Positions 12,644 to 24,835 of a stretch of 64,000 nt of DNA are shown piece after piece. This DNA comes from Malacoraja senta (Eukaryota): assembly GCA_038087875.1 (NCBI GenBank), contig CM075991.1, positions 11,534,001 through 11,598,000 of the forward strand, read 5' to 3'. Each line of letters opens with the position of its first letter. Within the stretch, counting starts at the first letter, position 1. Position numbers and translations under genes: made by a program. The notes under the pieces are model-generated. The model was not told the origin of the DNA. It worked only from the letters and a program-made list of their open reading frames with translations, and did not search any database.

Positions 12644-13738
12644 GAAGGTACACAAAAATGCTGGAGAAACTCAGCGGGTGCAGCAGCATCTATGGAGCGA
12701 AGGAAATAGGCAACGTTTCGGGCCGAATCCCTTCCGGGTTTCGGCCCGAAATGTTGCCTATTTCCTTCAGGGTTTCGGGCCGAAACGTTGCCTATTTCCT
12801 TTTTTTTTTTTTTTATTTTTTTTTTATTTTTTTTTTAATTTTTTTTTTTTATTTTATTTTTTAGAAGTACGGTAGATTACAGTAATGTACAACACGTATA
12901 TATTAATACATTTTTTGTACCGCTTCACTTTTTTAAACTTTAAGAAAGAAAAAGAAAGAAGTAAGAAAAGTGAAGAAAGTGCGCAAAGGTTGTGAAGTGC
13001 AAAAGAGTGTTGGGAAAAGAAAGCCCCTTAGAAAAGAGGTTAGAGAAGGAAGTAAAGTTAGAAAATAGACCCTAGAAAAAAAAAGAGAAAGAAAGAAGGA
13101 ACAATCGCTCTATTATAACTCTTATACCATACTTCATAGAGAAGGAACTACCAACCAAGTCTGTTTTTATTTTACCTCCCATTACCAGGTCCAGATACCT
13201 TTTATTTATTTATTTGTTTTTCTAAATTACTATTGCACCTCATGCTTGTAATAGGTCCAAAAACGTAGACCACGTCTTTTGAAATTGATCTACTTTGCCT
13301 ACTAGGAGGAATCTCATCTCTTCCAGATGTAATGTTTCCAACATATTTGATGTCCACATTTTTATTGTTGGTGTGGGCGCATTTTTCCAGAATTTAAGTA
13401 TAAGCTTTTTTCCCATTATTAGCCCATAATTGAGTAAATTCTTCTGATACACGTTTAATTCAGGAATACCTTCCGATATTCCAAAAATAATCCATTCTGG
13501 TTTTGGTACCAGTTTTATTTTGATTAATTTTGAAAAAATATCAAATATTTCAAACCAGAATTTTTGGATTTTTGTACAAAAAACAAAAGAATGTGCTATG
13601 GTAGCTTCTTGACATATACATTTATCACAGATAACGTTGCCTATTTCCTTCGCTCCATAGATGCTGCTGCACCCGCCGAGTTTCTCCAGCATTTTTGTGT
13701 ACCTTCGATTTTCCAGCATCTGCAGTTCCTTCTTTAAC
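12644..13738. mobile_element. Palindromic Penelope-derived element with 17-bp TSD, interrupted by an L1 insertion
   Basis: AACATGTAGCCTTGATA at 12627-12643 and 13739-13755 flanks the two arms. Confidence 0.8.
12802..13632 (-). mobile_element. 5'-truncated L1-clade LINE (ORF2 C-terminus, 3' UTR, poly-A)
   Basis: CDKC...H...C knuckle followed by KFWFEIF...LIMGKKLILKFWK...W. Poly-A appears as the T-run at 12802-12862. 18-bp TSD AACGTTGCCTATTTCCTT at 12784-12801 and 13633-13650. Confidence 0.85.
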
Positions 13739-16729
13739 AACATGTAGCCTTGATATCTCTCTTCACGGGTCCCTTCTCCTGCCAGCCTTCTCCATCACTC
13801 TAACAGTCACACATTGGCCCCCAGCTACTTTCCACCTCATTGGGGACCCTCCGACTATCCTTGATCGGACTTTGCCAGCTTTACCTTGCACTGAAACATT
13901 ATTCCCTTACCATGTATCTATCTGTACACTGCACATGGATCGCTTGTGATCATGTGTTGTCTTTCCACTGACTGGATAGCACGCAACAAAAAGCTTTTCA
14001 CTGTACCTCGGTACACGTGACAATGAATGAACTAAACTAAACTAAACTGAACTCTCTCTGTCTGAAGAAGGGTCTCAACCTGAGTCACCGATTCCTTCCC
14101 TCCAGAGATGCTGCCTGTCCCGCTGAGTTACTCCAGCATTTTGCGTCTAATTCCCTATTGAAAGCCTCCCACTTGCCGGAAGCCCCATTACCTGCGAACA
14201 GCCTCTCCCTATCATAATCATAGTCGTGTGATCACTGCTATATGAAGCCAACATACAGACTCTGTCTGTTGTTGCTACCGACAATTCCTTTCATAACCAC
14301 TGCCCACTGAAACATTCCCAGCCAGCTCCCGCACAGGGAATATCCCAGGCAGCTGTTCACCAGGAAGCAAGTTGTCCTCAGTTGCTGACTTTACACAGCG
14401 TGAGAGTCTGGACACTGGCCTTACCTGCCTCCCGACATTCAGTCCCACTGACTTTGGGTCTGAAGGGTCTCAACCCAAAACGCCACCTATTCCTCTTCTC
14501 CAGAGATGCTGCCTGACCCGCTGAGTTACTCCAGCATTTTGCGTCTATCTTTGGTTAAATCACACGAGGGATCCACAGGAAATTGGACTGGTCGTAGACG
14601 AGCAGGAGGAATAGCATTTCTGACTGGAGGTCTTTGGGCTACGGAGTTACTCCAGCTTGTAGCGTGGTGACGCCTGTATGGTCGTGAGTAGTCGCCCAAA
14701 GAGTCGTACCTTTTTTTGGTCACCGCTGGATTTTCAACATGTTGACATTTTTTCGGCGACCTGCTGCGACCATGACGGGTGCCGGCAAGTCGCCGAAAAA
14801 AATCGCGTAAGTGGGACAGGCCCTTTGCTGTTCTTACCTGATCTGTGCAACAGGTGACACAATTCTAACGATGAAACTAGTGTTCAATCATACAAGCAAA
14901 AAGCTGGAGTAACTCAACGGGTCAGGCAGCATTTCTGGATAAAAGGAATAGGTGACGTTTCGGGTCGAGACCCATTTTCAGAACCGTCTTGACCCGAGAA
15001 GTCACCCATTCCTTTTCTCCAGAGGTGCTTGCTGTCTGTCCCGCTAAGTTACTCCAGCTTTTTTGGTGTCCACCTTCCGTTTAAACCAGCACCTGCAGTT
15101 CCTTCCCACACACATGGTACTCAAACACCATGGGCAGAAATTTGTGGACAGTTTTGAAACAATAGGGGGTTGAATTGCCTCGGTGGTTCTGGGTTGAGAG
15201 ATGGTGAATAGCTTGTGCCTGAATGAATTTACAATGCACACATTCAGTGGCCAAAACAAACACTTCCTGCATACATAGATTTCCTGCTAAGTACATGTAC
15301 TCCAGTACTTTCTAATGGGTGTCCTTATCATCCATCATGTGGTATCTTCTGAAAACCCTCACCCCTACCTTTGAAAAGAGCTTAAGCTAACTCGACCATG
15401 ATGGGTTAATTGAAATGTTCTAAGCAAGATACCGGCAGGCTGATGAAGGAAGTTAGTTCCCATGACAGAGGCAGGGGTGGGAAACCGGGGACACTCACAG
15501 CACTTGGGGGGAGATATTTAAAGCGGAGAAGAGGTCTTTTGGAGCAAATAAAATTGGGAATACACAGGAGCCCAGAACTGAAGGTTTGGGAGATTGGGGA
15601 TGGATGAAGTCCTGGAGCATGAAAATATGAAAGCAGGGAATTGCCAGTCTATGAAGCAAAGTTGAACTCAACTGCGTTTAAGTGTCACGTGCAGTGGGAA
15701 CAGAACAATGCAGTTCTCACTAGCTGCAGGCACAGCGTACATTAGGATGGGGCTGAAAGGTTTATGGAGGGATGGGAATTTTTTTCTCAGTTTGAAAATT
15801 TATTTTTGCCTAAAATAAGCCTGTAAACAGTGTATTGTTTAATCAGGTACATCATTGAGATATGTAAAGATTTAATCAGAGAGATTTCTGCGGCAGAATG
15901 CTCCACTGCTGTGGAGGTCAAGTCAGTGGATATTTTTAAGGCAGAGAGAGGTAGGTTCTTGAATGGCAGTGCTGGCTCGAAGGGCCAAATGGCCTACTCC
16001 TGCACCTATTGTCTATTGATTAGTACGGGTGTCAGAGGTTATGGGGAGAAGGCAGGAGAATGGGGTTAGGAGGTAGAGATAGATGATTGAATGGTGGAGT
16101 AGACTAGATGGGCCGAATGGCCTAATTCTGCTCCTATCACTTATGACCTTATGCTGGTTTAAACCTGAGGGAGTCACAAAAAGCTATCACTTTTTTATGA
16201 CATGAAGGCAGGAAGACCATGTTTTCTTCCGTAAACATCCCAATGTCTAACTGAAGATAGACACTAAAACCCAGAGTAACTCAGCGGGACAGACAGCATC
16301 TCTGGAGAGAAGGAATAGGTGACGTTTCGGGTCGTGACCCTTCTTCAGACTGAACGTCATCATTACTAATCTTGAATACAAGTAAAGGATTAAACTCTTT
16401 GGATTAATGTTATTGTATGTGTATGTTTTGAGAGTGTATTGTTATCGATGATAAGGAATTAGAAATTTCATGGTTCAAAATCTGTATAAAAGCTGATTGT
16501 TACGAGTGGGGTTTTGGACCAGTGCAGTAACTGGGGCTGTGCTGCTGTCTACATGCAAGTGTCAATAAAGTGTGTCTGGAAAAATAATGCAAGTTTAGTT
16601 TGGTTTAGGGTGGACACAAAATGCTGGAGTAACTCAGCAGGACAGGCAGCATCTCTGGAGAGAAGGAATGGGTGACGTTTCGGGTCGGGGCCCTTCTTCA
16701 GACCCTTCTTCAGAAAGTGAAGCCTTGTT

Positions 16730-16942
16730 TAGTCTGTGGAATTCTCTGCCTCAGAGGGTGGTGGAGGCAGGTTCTCTGGATGCTTTCAAGAGAGAGCTAG
16801 ATAGGGCTGTTAATGGTAGCGGAGTCAGGGTATATGGGGAGAAGGCAGGAACGGGGTACTGATTGGGGATGATCAGCCATGATCACATTGAATGGCTCGA
16901 AGGGCCAAATGGCCTACTCCTGCACCTATTGTCTATTGTCTA
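16730..16942 (+). mobile_element. CR1 LINE 3' fragment
   Basis: [23 protein letters not shown] and tail. Confidence 0.85.
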
Positions 16943-18651
16943 TAAGAAGGGCCTCGACCCAAAACGTTACCCATTCCTTCGCTCCATAGATGCTGCCTCT
17001 GCCTCGCCCGCTGAGTTTCTCCAGCTTTTTGTCTACCATGTTTGCTGTATCAGACGGATGCCAATGATTCCCTGGCACAATGCTGGAGTGCCCTACAGTG
17101 GCTAGCCAACAATAATCCTTCAACTACCATCACTAGAACAGATGATCTGGTCATTATCACTTTGTGGTTGGTGGGATCTTGCTGAGTACAAGCTCGCTGC
17201 TGCAAAATCCCAGCCCCATTACAGTATTGAGAGTCCCTCATTTTTCATCAACTAGGTTCAATTATAATAAATGACTTGGATAATAGAAGAATCCCACATA
17301 AAGACATGGAATGATGCCTCTAATGTGTTACATAGGACGCAGTACAGTCGACATCCCGCTGCTAAATTCAGTTTGATGTTATCACAGCTGATAGAAAAAA
17401 GACCCAACACTGTGGATATAATTGGCTGCGCCTTTTGCTGTTCAATCCATCCTGATCTAATGCCCACACGTTAAACCCAATGGATTAGGTTAATTAAATT
17501 GTTCCCGGCCAAAAGCAGTTTAATGAAAAACAATTCCCCATTAAACCATTTTGGACTCTTTTTTCCGCAATATCATATTAATGGGGAACCCCCCCCCCCC
17601 CCGAAAAATAAATAAATACAATTCTTCCTGGTAACTTTAGCCTCATATCATCCTAACAATGTGCTATATGAAGAGAATTCTGCACTAAATCTTCACTTGG
17701 GCCAGTCAGCGCTCGTCCTAAACCCGTTTGCAAAATGATGCTTTTAATACAATCAATGTCCCTGAAATAGAATGGATGCCCCGTGATTCTGCCAACCGGC
17801 AGGCAGATTGGAGATTAACTGTGAGACACAGTGTAATATTGATCCCATCTCTGTATAGATCAGTGACTTGGCTGCTGCTGCCCACCCCCCCACCCCCCCA
17901 TCTCCCCCTCCCATTCATAATTCCCACAAATTAAATAAAACACACACTGAATCATTCCAGGTCTCACTTTTAAACCAGAACATTTACATTAGAAATGTCA
18001 GACATTTGCTCACTCCTGCACCTATTGTCTATTTACACCCTTGATTTCCCCCCAAAAAATCCTTAGCCCGGAAATATTTACAGGCTGCAAAAAATAAATA
18101 ATTGATTTCATCGCTTCAGTGAATCTGTCGCTCTTCCTATCCCTAATCCAGTATTTGTTGTCCTCGCCCATTTAATTTCCGCTCCTCCTGCACAAAACTA
18201 ACAGCATGGCCAAGTTGCTATCCCGAGGAATGACACCGTGTTCAAATATGCCGCCAACTTCAATCCCCGGTGTATCTTCTTCATGCCTTCCCCAATGATT
18301 AGATCAGCAAACCTCTCTCTAGCAACAAGATGCCCCAAGTGATGAGAGACGCGGCAAACTCAACATTCCTCTCGGGTCTAATAGCGCTTGGCTGGGTTAA
18401 GATGTACTTAAATTCTTGTTTAAAAAAAAACCCAACCTTGAACAGAATAAACGAGAACTTTAGCCCCACTTTTGACAAAAGTTGCAAATAACGTTGCAAT
18501 TTCCGAGCAGGTTACATATTTTTTGAAGCGATATTGCCAGCTATTTATACCGTCAAAAAATAGCACTGCCAATTTAAACCGTGCTGCTTTTTTTTAAAAC
18601 GAGCAATCTAGGATCATGATAATTTTGTAATAAAAGATGCCCAGAACTTAC

Positions 18652-18688
18652 CTGTGCGTGAAAACACAGCAAAATGAACTGCAGGCAT
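18652..18688 (-). CDS. Coding exon 2 (37 nt) of the FGF8-subfamily gene, end of signal peptide
   Basis: ttttctgtgacag|A TGC CTG CAG TTC ATT TTG CTG TGT TTT CAC GCA CAG|gtaagt. It splices in frame to exon 1 across a 161-nt intron, giving ...CLQFILLCFHAQ, similar to FGF18 CLHFLLLCFQVQ and FGF8 LLHLLVLCLQAQ. The paralogue cannot be resolved. Confidence 0.9.
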
Positions 18689-18849
18689 CTGTCACAGAAA
18701 ATAATGACAAAACATGCATCAATATTTTTTAAAAAATGCAGAACAAAAAAATGCAGAACAAAAAATGCATTGCTCGTATCAATGCACAATGACATTGCTG
18801 CAGAATTGCTCATTGGAAATACATCTGTAAATTAAAGAGGAATCCTTAC

Positions 18850-18881
18850 AGATAAATACACTGTGGTCTGAGCGGATGCAT
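18850..18881 (-). CDS. Coding exon 1 of an FGF8-subfamily growth factor (FGF8/17/18/24), signal peptide N-terminus
   Basis: Minus strand reads cagccATG CAT CCG CTC AGA CCA CAG TGT ATT TAT CT|gtaagg: Kozak-like gccATG, 32 coding nt (MHPLRPQCIY-L), GT donor. A 32-nt first coding exon matches the FGF8/FGF18 structure I recall. Confidence 0.88.
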
Positions 18882-19700
18882 GGCTGATGCTCCTGGGTTA
18901 TTTTTGCTGCTATTGGTGACTCCTTACGCCCGAAGCTCAGGAACACGAATGGTTTTGTTGTTGTTGTTTGCTGTCCTCCGACTGTAATTCTACAGAGGCC
19001 CCCGTTGAAGGGGTGGGGGGTGTGGGGTGGGGGGTGGGGGTGGGGGAGAGAGAGAGAGAGAGAAGGAGAGAGAGAGGGTCCTGCGTCTTTAATGCAGTCT
19101 GCAAACTCCGGGTCTGCAGCTTGGGGATTCAACGCTCTGCTTTATAGATACATATATATATATATATCTCTTTTAAAAATCCTGTTCCAAGCAGAAGGGG
19201 AGGCTGCAGAAAGCACAATGCAACCCGCTGCACGTTGTTGCGATTTTCCAGTCGAAGCTCCCCCCCAAAAAACATCAAGTGCGCGTTTTATTAGGGGTCT
19301 GCATAGTTGCTGTCAGTCGTGGAGTTGTCGTCGATCTGTGGTCTCATATTGCCCAGGGTGACAGAGCAAGTCCTTGTCCCTTCGGTCAACGCCGCTCGGT
19401 GGTAGAACAAGCTTTATCCACTGCCCGCAGACGCCAACCTTCCTTCCCTTGGAGCTGGTTTTGAAGAGAAAGTCCACTAGAGACGGGAGAGAGGCGCTTG
19501 GATGAGGGGGGAGTGGACACTCTGGGGGGGGGGGGGGGGGGGGGAGATGTCACTTGTTGAATCAAAAGGCTTTTGGCCAGCGGCTCCCGTGGCGGGTTAA
19601 TGACTTGTCCTGACTCCCAATCTATTGGGAGCAGTCCTCGGTAAACACTTGCCAAACGCGGGGCCATATAGTGGCCGCTCTTGCAAACACTCCAGCCATC
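18882..19700 (-). promoter_or_regulatory. 5' UTR and proximal promoter region of the FGF gene
   Basis: Repeat-free, relatively CpG-rich segment directly 5' of the ATG. Minus-strand TATAAA at 19146-19141, inverted CCAAT pair TCCCAAT-CT-ATTGGGA at 19615-19630, FOX-type GTAAACA near 19641. TSS not determinable. Confidence 0.6.
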
Positions 19701-20277
19701 TTATCACAACATTGACATTCATTAACAGTGGTGAGGAGATCGCCTTGGAGTGTGGCGTGCCTTTTCCTCAGTCGCCAGAGAGAGAGAGAGTGGGCTGTAA
19801 GATTCAAGAGAGTCTATTGTGGTGTGTCCCAGGTAGGACAATGACATTCTTGCTCTGCTTCAGCACAACAGAACATAGTAGGCATTGACTACACGAAGCG
19901 GTGGCAACGTTAGCTATAACCCCTCCATCTCAACAAAGCCACCTTGGTCAGTTCCACAAACACCTTTTGTCACTTGCCTTCTCCTTCCAACCTCCCGGTT
20001 GTGGCTTAACACCAAGTGGCTGCTTGAGAAAGCCTTGCGATTCTACAGCACTGTTGTGCCCAGAGGTGTCCACAACCAGTGTGGTCCTTTAGATACATGG
20101 TCACTGTGGTGGTACAAGTGCCCTAGGAAGGAACTGCAGATGCCAGTTTACACTGAAGGTAAGACACAACATGCTGGAGTAACTCAGCGGGACAGGCAGC
20201 ATCTCTGGAGAGAAGGAATGAATGGGTGACGTTTCGGGTCTTCTGAAGAAGGATCTCCCCTTCTCTCCAGAGATGCG

Positions 20278-20615
20278 GGTAGACAAAAATGCTGGAGAAA
20301 CTCAGCGGGTGCAGCAGCATCTATGGAGCGAAGGAAATAGGCAACGTTTCGGGCCGAAACCCGGAAGGGTTTCGGCCCGAAACGTTGCCTATTTCCTCCA
20401 GTCTGAAGAAGGGATTCGGCCCGAAACGTTGCCTATTTCCTCCAGTCTGAAGAAGGGTTTCGGCCCGAAACGTTGCCTATTTCCTCCAGTCTGAAGAAGG
20501 GTTTCGGCCCGAAACGTTGCCTATTTCCTTCGCTCCATAGATGCTGCTGCACCCGCTGAGTTTCTCCAGCATTTTTGTCTACCTTCGATTTTCCAGCATC
20601 TGCAGTTCCTTCTTA
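20278..20615. mobile_element. Palindromic Penelope-derived non-autonomous element with three tandem hammerhead-core units
   Basis: Inverted arms, central junction GAAACCCGGAAGGGTTTC, and CTGAAGA units at 20403, 20447 and 20491. Confidence 0.8.
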
Positions 20616-20880
20616 AACTCCAGAGATGCTGCCTGTCCCGCTGAGTTACTCCAGCTTTTTGTGTCTATCTTCGGTTTAAACCATCTTCGGAGCCCCCCCC
20701 CCCGACCACAGATGAACAACAGAGGAGGATGACTGAACTTTGGTGCCTTCCCTCACAGTGGGAAACTTTGATTCCGCTGTGTGGGGTTGTCTATGTTAAA
20801 GACTATCGTGTTCTGTGCTCTTATTTATTCGTATGGCTGTATGGTGACCACAAATTTCACTGTACTAATTGGTAGATGTG

Positions 20881-21165
20881 ACAATAGACAATAGGTGCAG
20901 GAGTAGGCCATTCGGCCCTTCGAGCCAGCACCGCCATTCAATGTGATCATGGCTGATCATCCCCAATCAGTACCCCGTTCCTGCCTTCTCCCCATATCCC
21001 CTGACTCCGCTAATTTTAAGAGCCCTATCTAGCTCTCTCTTGAAAGCATCCAGAGAACCTGCCTCCACCGCCCTCCGAGGCAGAGAATTCCACAGACTCA
21101 CCACTCTCTGTGAGAAACAGTGTTTCCTCGTCTCCGTTCTAAATGGCTTGCTCCTTATTCTTAAA
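20881..21165 (-). mobile_element. CR1 LINE 3' fragment
   Basis: Reverse complement of the family at 941-1306. Confidence 0.85.
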
Positions 21166-21400
21166 GTGACAATAGATGTCTCTTGTCTCTTGCATCTGCA
21201 GTTCCTTCCTACACAATTGTAATCCTGTAATGTCTTGCCACTTGTGTCTACCTCTGAGGAAAGTTCTCCCCGTTCTACATGCCTGGTATACAGGGGAACC
21301 TATCTGCACAGGAATGCTGAAGAGAGCTGTAACACCACTGTGTAGTTAGGAACTGCAGATTCTGGTTTAAACTGAAGATAGACTCACAAAGCTGGAGTAA

Positions 21401-21732
21401 TAGCCCTGTCCCACGGTACGAGTTCATTCCAAGAGCTCTCCCGAGTTTAAAAAAAATCAAACTCATGGTAAGCACGGAGAATGAACGTAGCGGGTACGTC
21501 GGAGCTCGGGGATGTCTCTTAGCGGCTCGTAACGCCAACGGCAGGTACTCGGGAAGACTCGCTAACGGCAGGTAAGCACGGGAAGACTCGTGAAGATTTT
21601 TCAACATGATGAAAAATGTCCACGAGAGCCCCGAGTACCGACGAGCGGCCATTACTCCGTAAATCTCCGAGTTCGAAACAGGGCAAACTCGGGAGAGCTC
21701 TTGGAATGAACTCGTACCGTGGGACAGGGCTT
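21401..21732. mobile_element. MITE, PIF/Harbinger-like, inserted in a hammerhead element
   Basis: ~46-bp TIR GCCCTGTCCCACGGTACGAGTTCATTCCAAGAGCTCTCCCGAGTTT. The host motif GAGTAACTCAG is split with TAA duplicated (21398-21400, 21733-21735). Confidence 0.85.
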
Positions 21733-22545
21733 TAACTCAGCAGGACAGGCAGCATCTCTGGAGAAAAGGAATAGGTGCCGTTTCGGGTCGAGACCCTTTC
21801 TTCAGACGAGCACCACTGCCTCTCTCTATTCCTCTCTAAGTTGCCCATGCTGTGTGAGTGGGACTTTAACTAAATATTGTAAATAGTTGTGTTAATTCTA
21901 GTTTCCAAGGGCAGGAGGATTTTCTAAACGGAGGACACGGATCGAAGACAAAAACCTGAAGAAGCAGAGAAAAGCTAGGATTTTCTTTTTGTAGTAATCG
22001 GGAATGTGGAAATAGATTTTACATTGGAGAGGTGTTGACAAGAAGTTTGGAGTCCTCTGGCAGAGAGAGAGGATAGGATTCAGTAGAAACTATTTCAAGA
22101 AGGATCAGTCTGAAGAAGGGGTTCGGCCCGAAACGTTGCCTATTTCCTTCGCTCCATAAATGCTGCCTCACCCGCTGAGTTTCTCCAGCACTTTTGTCCA
22201 CCTTCGATTTTCCAGCATCTGCAGTTCCTTCTTAAACACATTGTTCAAGACATGGTTGGCTGAAACCTCCGCCTTGCATTCTATGAATGACCGCGATCAC
22301 TACAGAGAAGGCATGGAATCAACCACCCATGTGATTTGACTTTCCTGCAACTGAGCAGTGGTGTGTGTTGAATGTCACCCGAACTACTATCTGCCTCTCT
22401 GGTGAAAACGCACACACCTCCAGATTCAGGGACAGTTTCTTCCCAGCTGTTATCAGGCAACGGAATCATCCTACCACATCCAGAGAGCAGTGCTGAACTA
22501 CTATCTACCGCATTGGTGACCCTCGGACTATCCTTGATTGGACTT

Positions 22546-23445
22546 TAGATACATAGATACATAGAAAATAGGTGCAGGAGTAGGCCATTCGGCCCTTCGA
22601 GCTTGCACCGCCATTCAATATGATCATGGCTGATCATCCAACTCAGTATCCCGTACCTGCCTTCTCTCCATACCCCCTGATCCCTTTAGCCACAAGGGCC
22701 ACATCTAACTCCCTCTTAAATATAGCCAATGAACTGGCCTCAACTACCTTCTGTGGCAGAGAATTCCAGAGATTCACCACTCTCTGTGTGAAAAAGTTTT
22801 TTTCTCATCTCGGTCTTCAAGGATTTCCCCCTTATCCTTAAGCTGTGACCCCTTGTCCTGGACTTCCCCAACATCGGGAACAATCTTCCTGCATCTAGCC
22901 TGTCCAACCCCTTAAGAATTTTGTAAGTTTCTATAAGATCCCCTCTCAATCTCCTAAATTCTAGCGAGTATAAGCCAAGTCTATCCAGTCTTTCTTCATA
23001 TGAAAGTCCTGACATCCCAGGAATCAGTCTGGTGAACCTTCTCTGCACTCCCTCTATGGCTATAATGTCCTTCCTCAGATTTGGAGACCAAAACTGTACG
23101 CAATACTCCAGGTGTGGTCTCACCAAGACCCTGTACAACTGCAGTAGAACCTCCCTGCTCCTATACTCAAATCCTTTTTGCTATGAATGCTAACATACCA
23201 TTCGCTTTCTTCACTGCCTGCTGCACCTGCATGCCTACTTTCAATGACTGGTGTACCATGACACCCAGGTCTCGCTGCATCTCCCCATTTCCTAATCGGC
23301 CACCATTTAGATAATAGTCTGCTTTCCTGTTTTTGCCACCAAAGTGGATAACCTCACATTTATCCACATTATACTGCATCTGCCAAACATTTGCCCACTC
23401 ACCCAGCCTATCCAAGTCACCTTGCAGTCTCCTAGCACCCTCCTT
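22546..23445 (-). mobile_element. CR1 LINE 3' fragment (longest in window, frameshifted RT C-terminus)
   Basis: LQGDLDRLGEWANVWQMQYNVDKCEVIHFG..RDLGV..VKKANGML..LYRVLVRPHLEYCVQFWSP. Confidence 0.92.
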
Positions 23446-23967
23446 TGTTTAAGAAGGAACTGCAGATGCTGGAAAATCGAAGGTAGACAAAAATGCTGGA
23501 GAAACTCGGCGGGTGAGGCAGCCTCATCTATGGAGCGAAGGAAATCGGCAACGTTTCGGGCTGAAACCCTTCTTCAGACTGATTATCTATGGAGCGAAGG
23601 AAATAGGCAATGTTTCGGCCCGAAACGTTGCCTATTTCCTTCACTCCATAGATGCTGCCTCAACCGCTGAGTTTCTCCAGCCTTTTTAGTCTACCCTTGT
23701 GTATTTTTCTATACACTTGTAATGGCTTGATTGTAATCATGTATTGTCTTTCCGCTGACGGGATAGCACCGCAACAAAAGCTTTTCACTGTACCTCGGTA
23801 CATGTGACATTAAACTGAACTGTACTGAACTAAACCTTTGAAATTTGTTTGCATAGGAGTTAACTTTCAGAGATGAAGTGCCATGCACAGCTAACTCAAT
23901 ATCACATTCAAAGCCTTTACCACATTTGGTGATAGTTTAGCCATGGTAAACCCGATGTTGGTAAAAC

Positions 23968-24300
23968 CCGATGTTGGGGAAGTCCAGAACAAGGGGTCAC
24001 AGTTTAAGGATAAGGGGGAAGTCTTTTAGGACCGAGATGAGAATTTTTTTTTTTCACCCAGAGAGTGGTGAATCTGTGGAATTCTCTGCCACAGAAAGTA
24101 GTTGAGGCCAGTTCATTGGCTATATGACCTCATTAAGAGGGAGTTCGATGTGGCCCTTGTGGCTGAAGGGATCAGGGGGTATGGAGAGAAGGCAGGTACA
24201 GGATACTGAGTTGGATGATCAGCCATGATCATATTGAATGGTGGTGCAGGCTCGAAGGGCCGAATGGCCTACTCCTGCACCTATTTTCTATGTTTCTATG
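23968..24300 (+). mobile_element. CR1 LINE 3' fragment
   Basis: Same family as 6505-7037. Confidence 0.88.
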
Positions 24301-24624
24301 TATGGAGTGGTGGAATCATCTAGTCGGGCTGGGTAAGGCAGGTTAGTTCATTGAATGACATGTGGACTAGTTTCTAGAACAAAGTGCGGTGCTTTCATGG
24401 TCTCTCACGCTGCCTCTTCGAGGTGGAAAGGTGCAGGAAGGAACTGCAGATGCTGGTTTAAACCAAAGACACATAAAGCTGGAGTAATTCAGTGGGCCAG
24501 ACAACACCTCTGGCGAAAAGGTCTGAAGAAGGGTCTCGACCCAAAACGTCACCCATTCCTTCTCTCCAGAGATGCTGCCTGACCCGCTGAGCTACTCCAG
24601 CTTTTTGTGTCTGTCTTCAAGAAG

Positions 24625-24835
24625 GAAGAGGCCTCGTGGACCAGCGAGTGCCTCCTGCGGGTGTGGGGACCCAACACAGAGGGTGGAGCACATAGTCACC
24701 AGTTGCCCCAAACACCTGCCACCGAATGGTGAACGAGGTGTCATTGACCTGGACGATGACACGTTGGCCTGGCTCGCCTCAACGGAGCTGCAGGTCTGAA
24801 AGACACGCGGCAGAAGGAGAAGATGGAAGATAGAA
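24625..24835 (+). mobile_element. Non-LTR retrotransposon 3' remnant with CCHC knuckle (clade uncertain)
   Basis: SASCGCGDPTQRVEHIVTSCP...DDDTLAWL* followed by a GAA-rich tail. Confidence 0.5.

Larger units (their letters stand above)
1..18651 (-). other. Probable intron 2 of the FGF8-subfamily gene, extending beyond the window start
   Basis: GTAAGT donor at 18651-18646. I found no exon encoding the conserved YQLYSRT(S/T)GKH block between 1 and 18651. Confidence 0.65.

Noticed and set aside
13240..13743. 167-aa ORF as a host gene
   Set aside because: It is a chimera of hammerhead-element sequence and the L1 ORF2 C-terminus.
17728..17934. 68-aa ORF in unique sequence near the FGF exons
   Set aside because: Opposite strand, non-ATG start, and no recognisable similarity; more likely regulatory DNA.
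18652..18881. Assigning a specific symbol (fgf8, fgf17, fgf18 or fgf24)
   Set aside because: Twenty-three signal-peptide residues are not diagnostic without the mature domain or synteny.
22546..23445. Intact, autonomous retrotransposon
   Set aside because: All LINE and PLE copies here are 5'-truncated or frameshifted.
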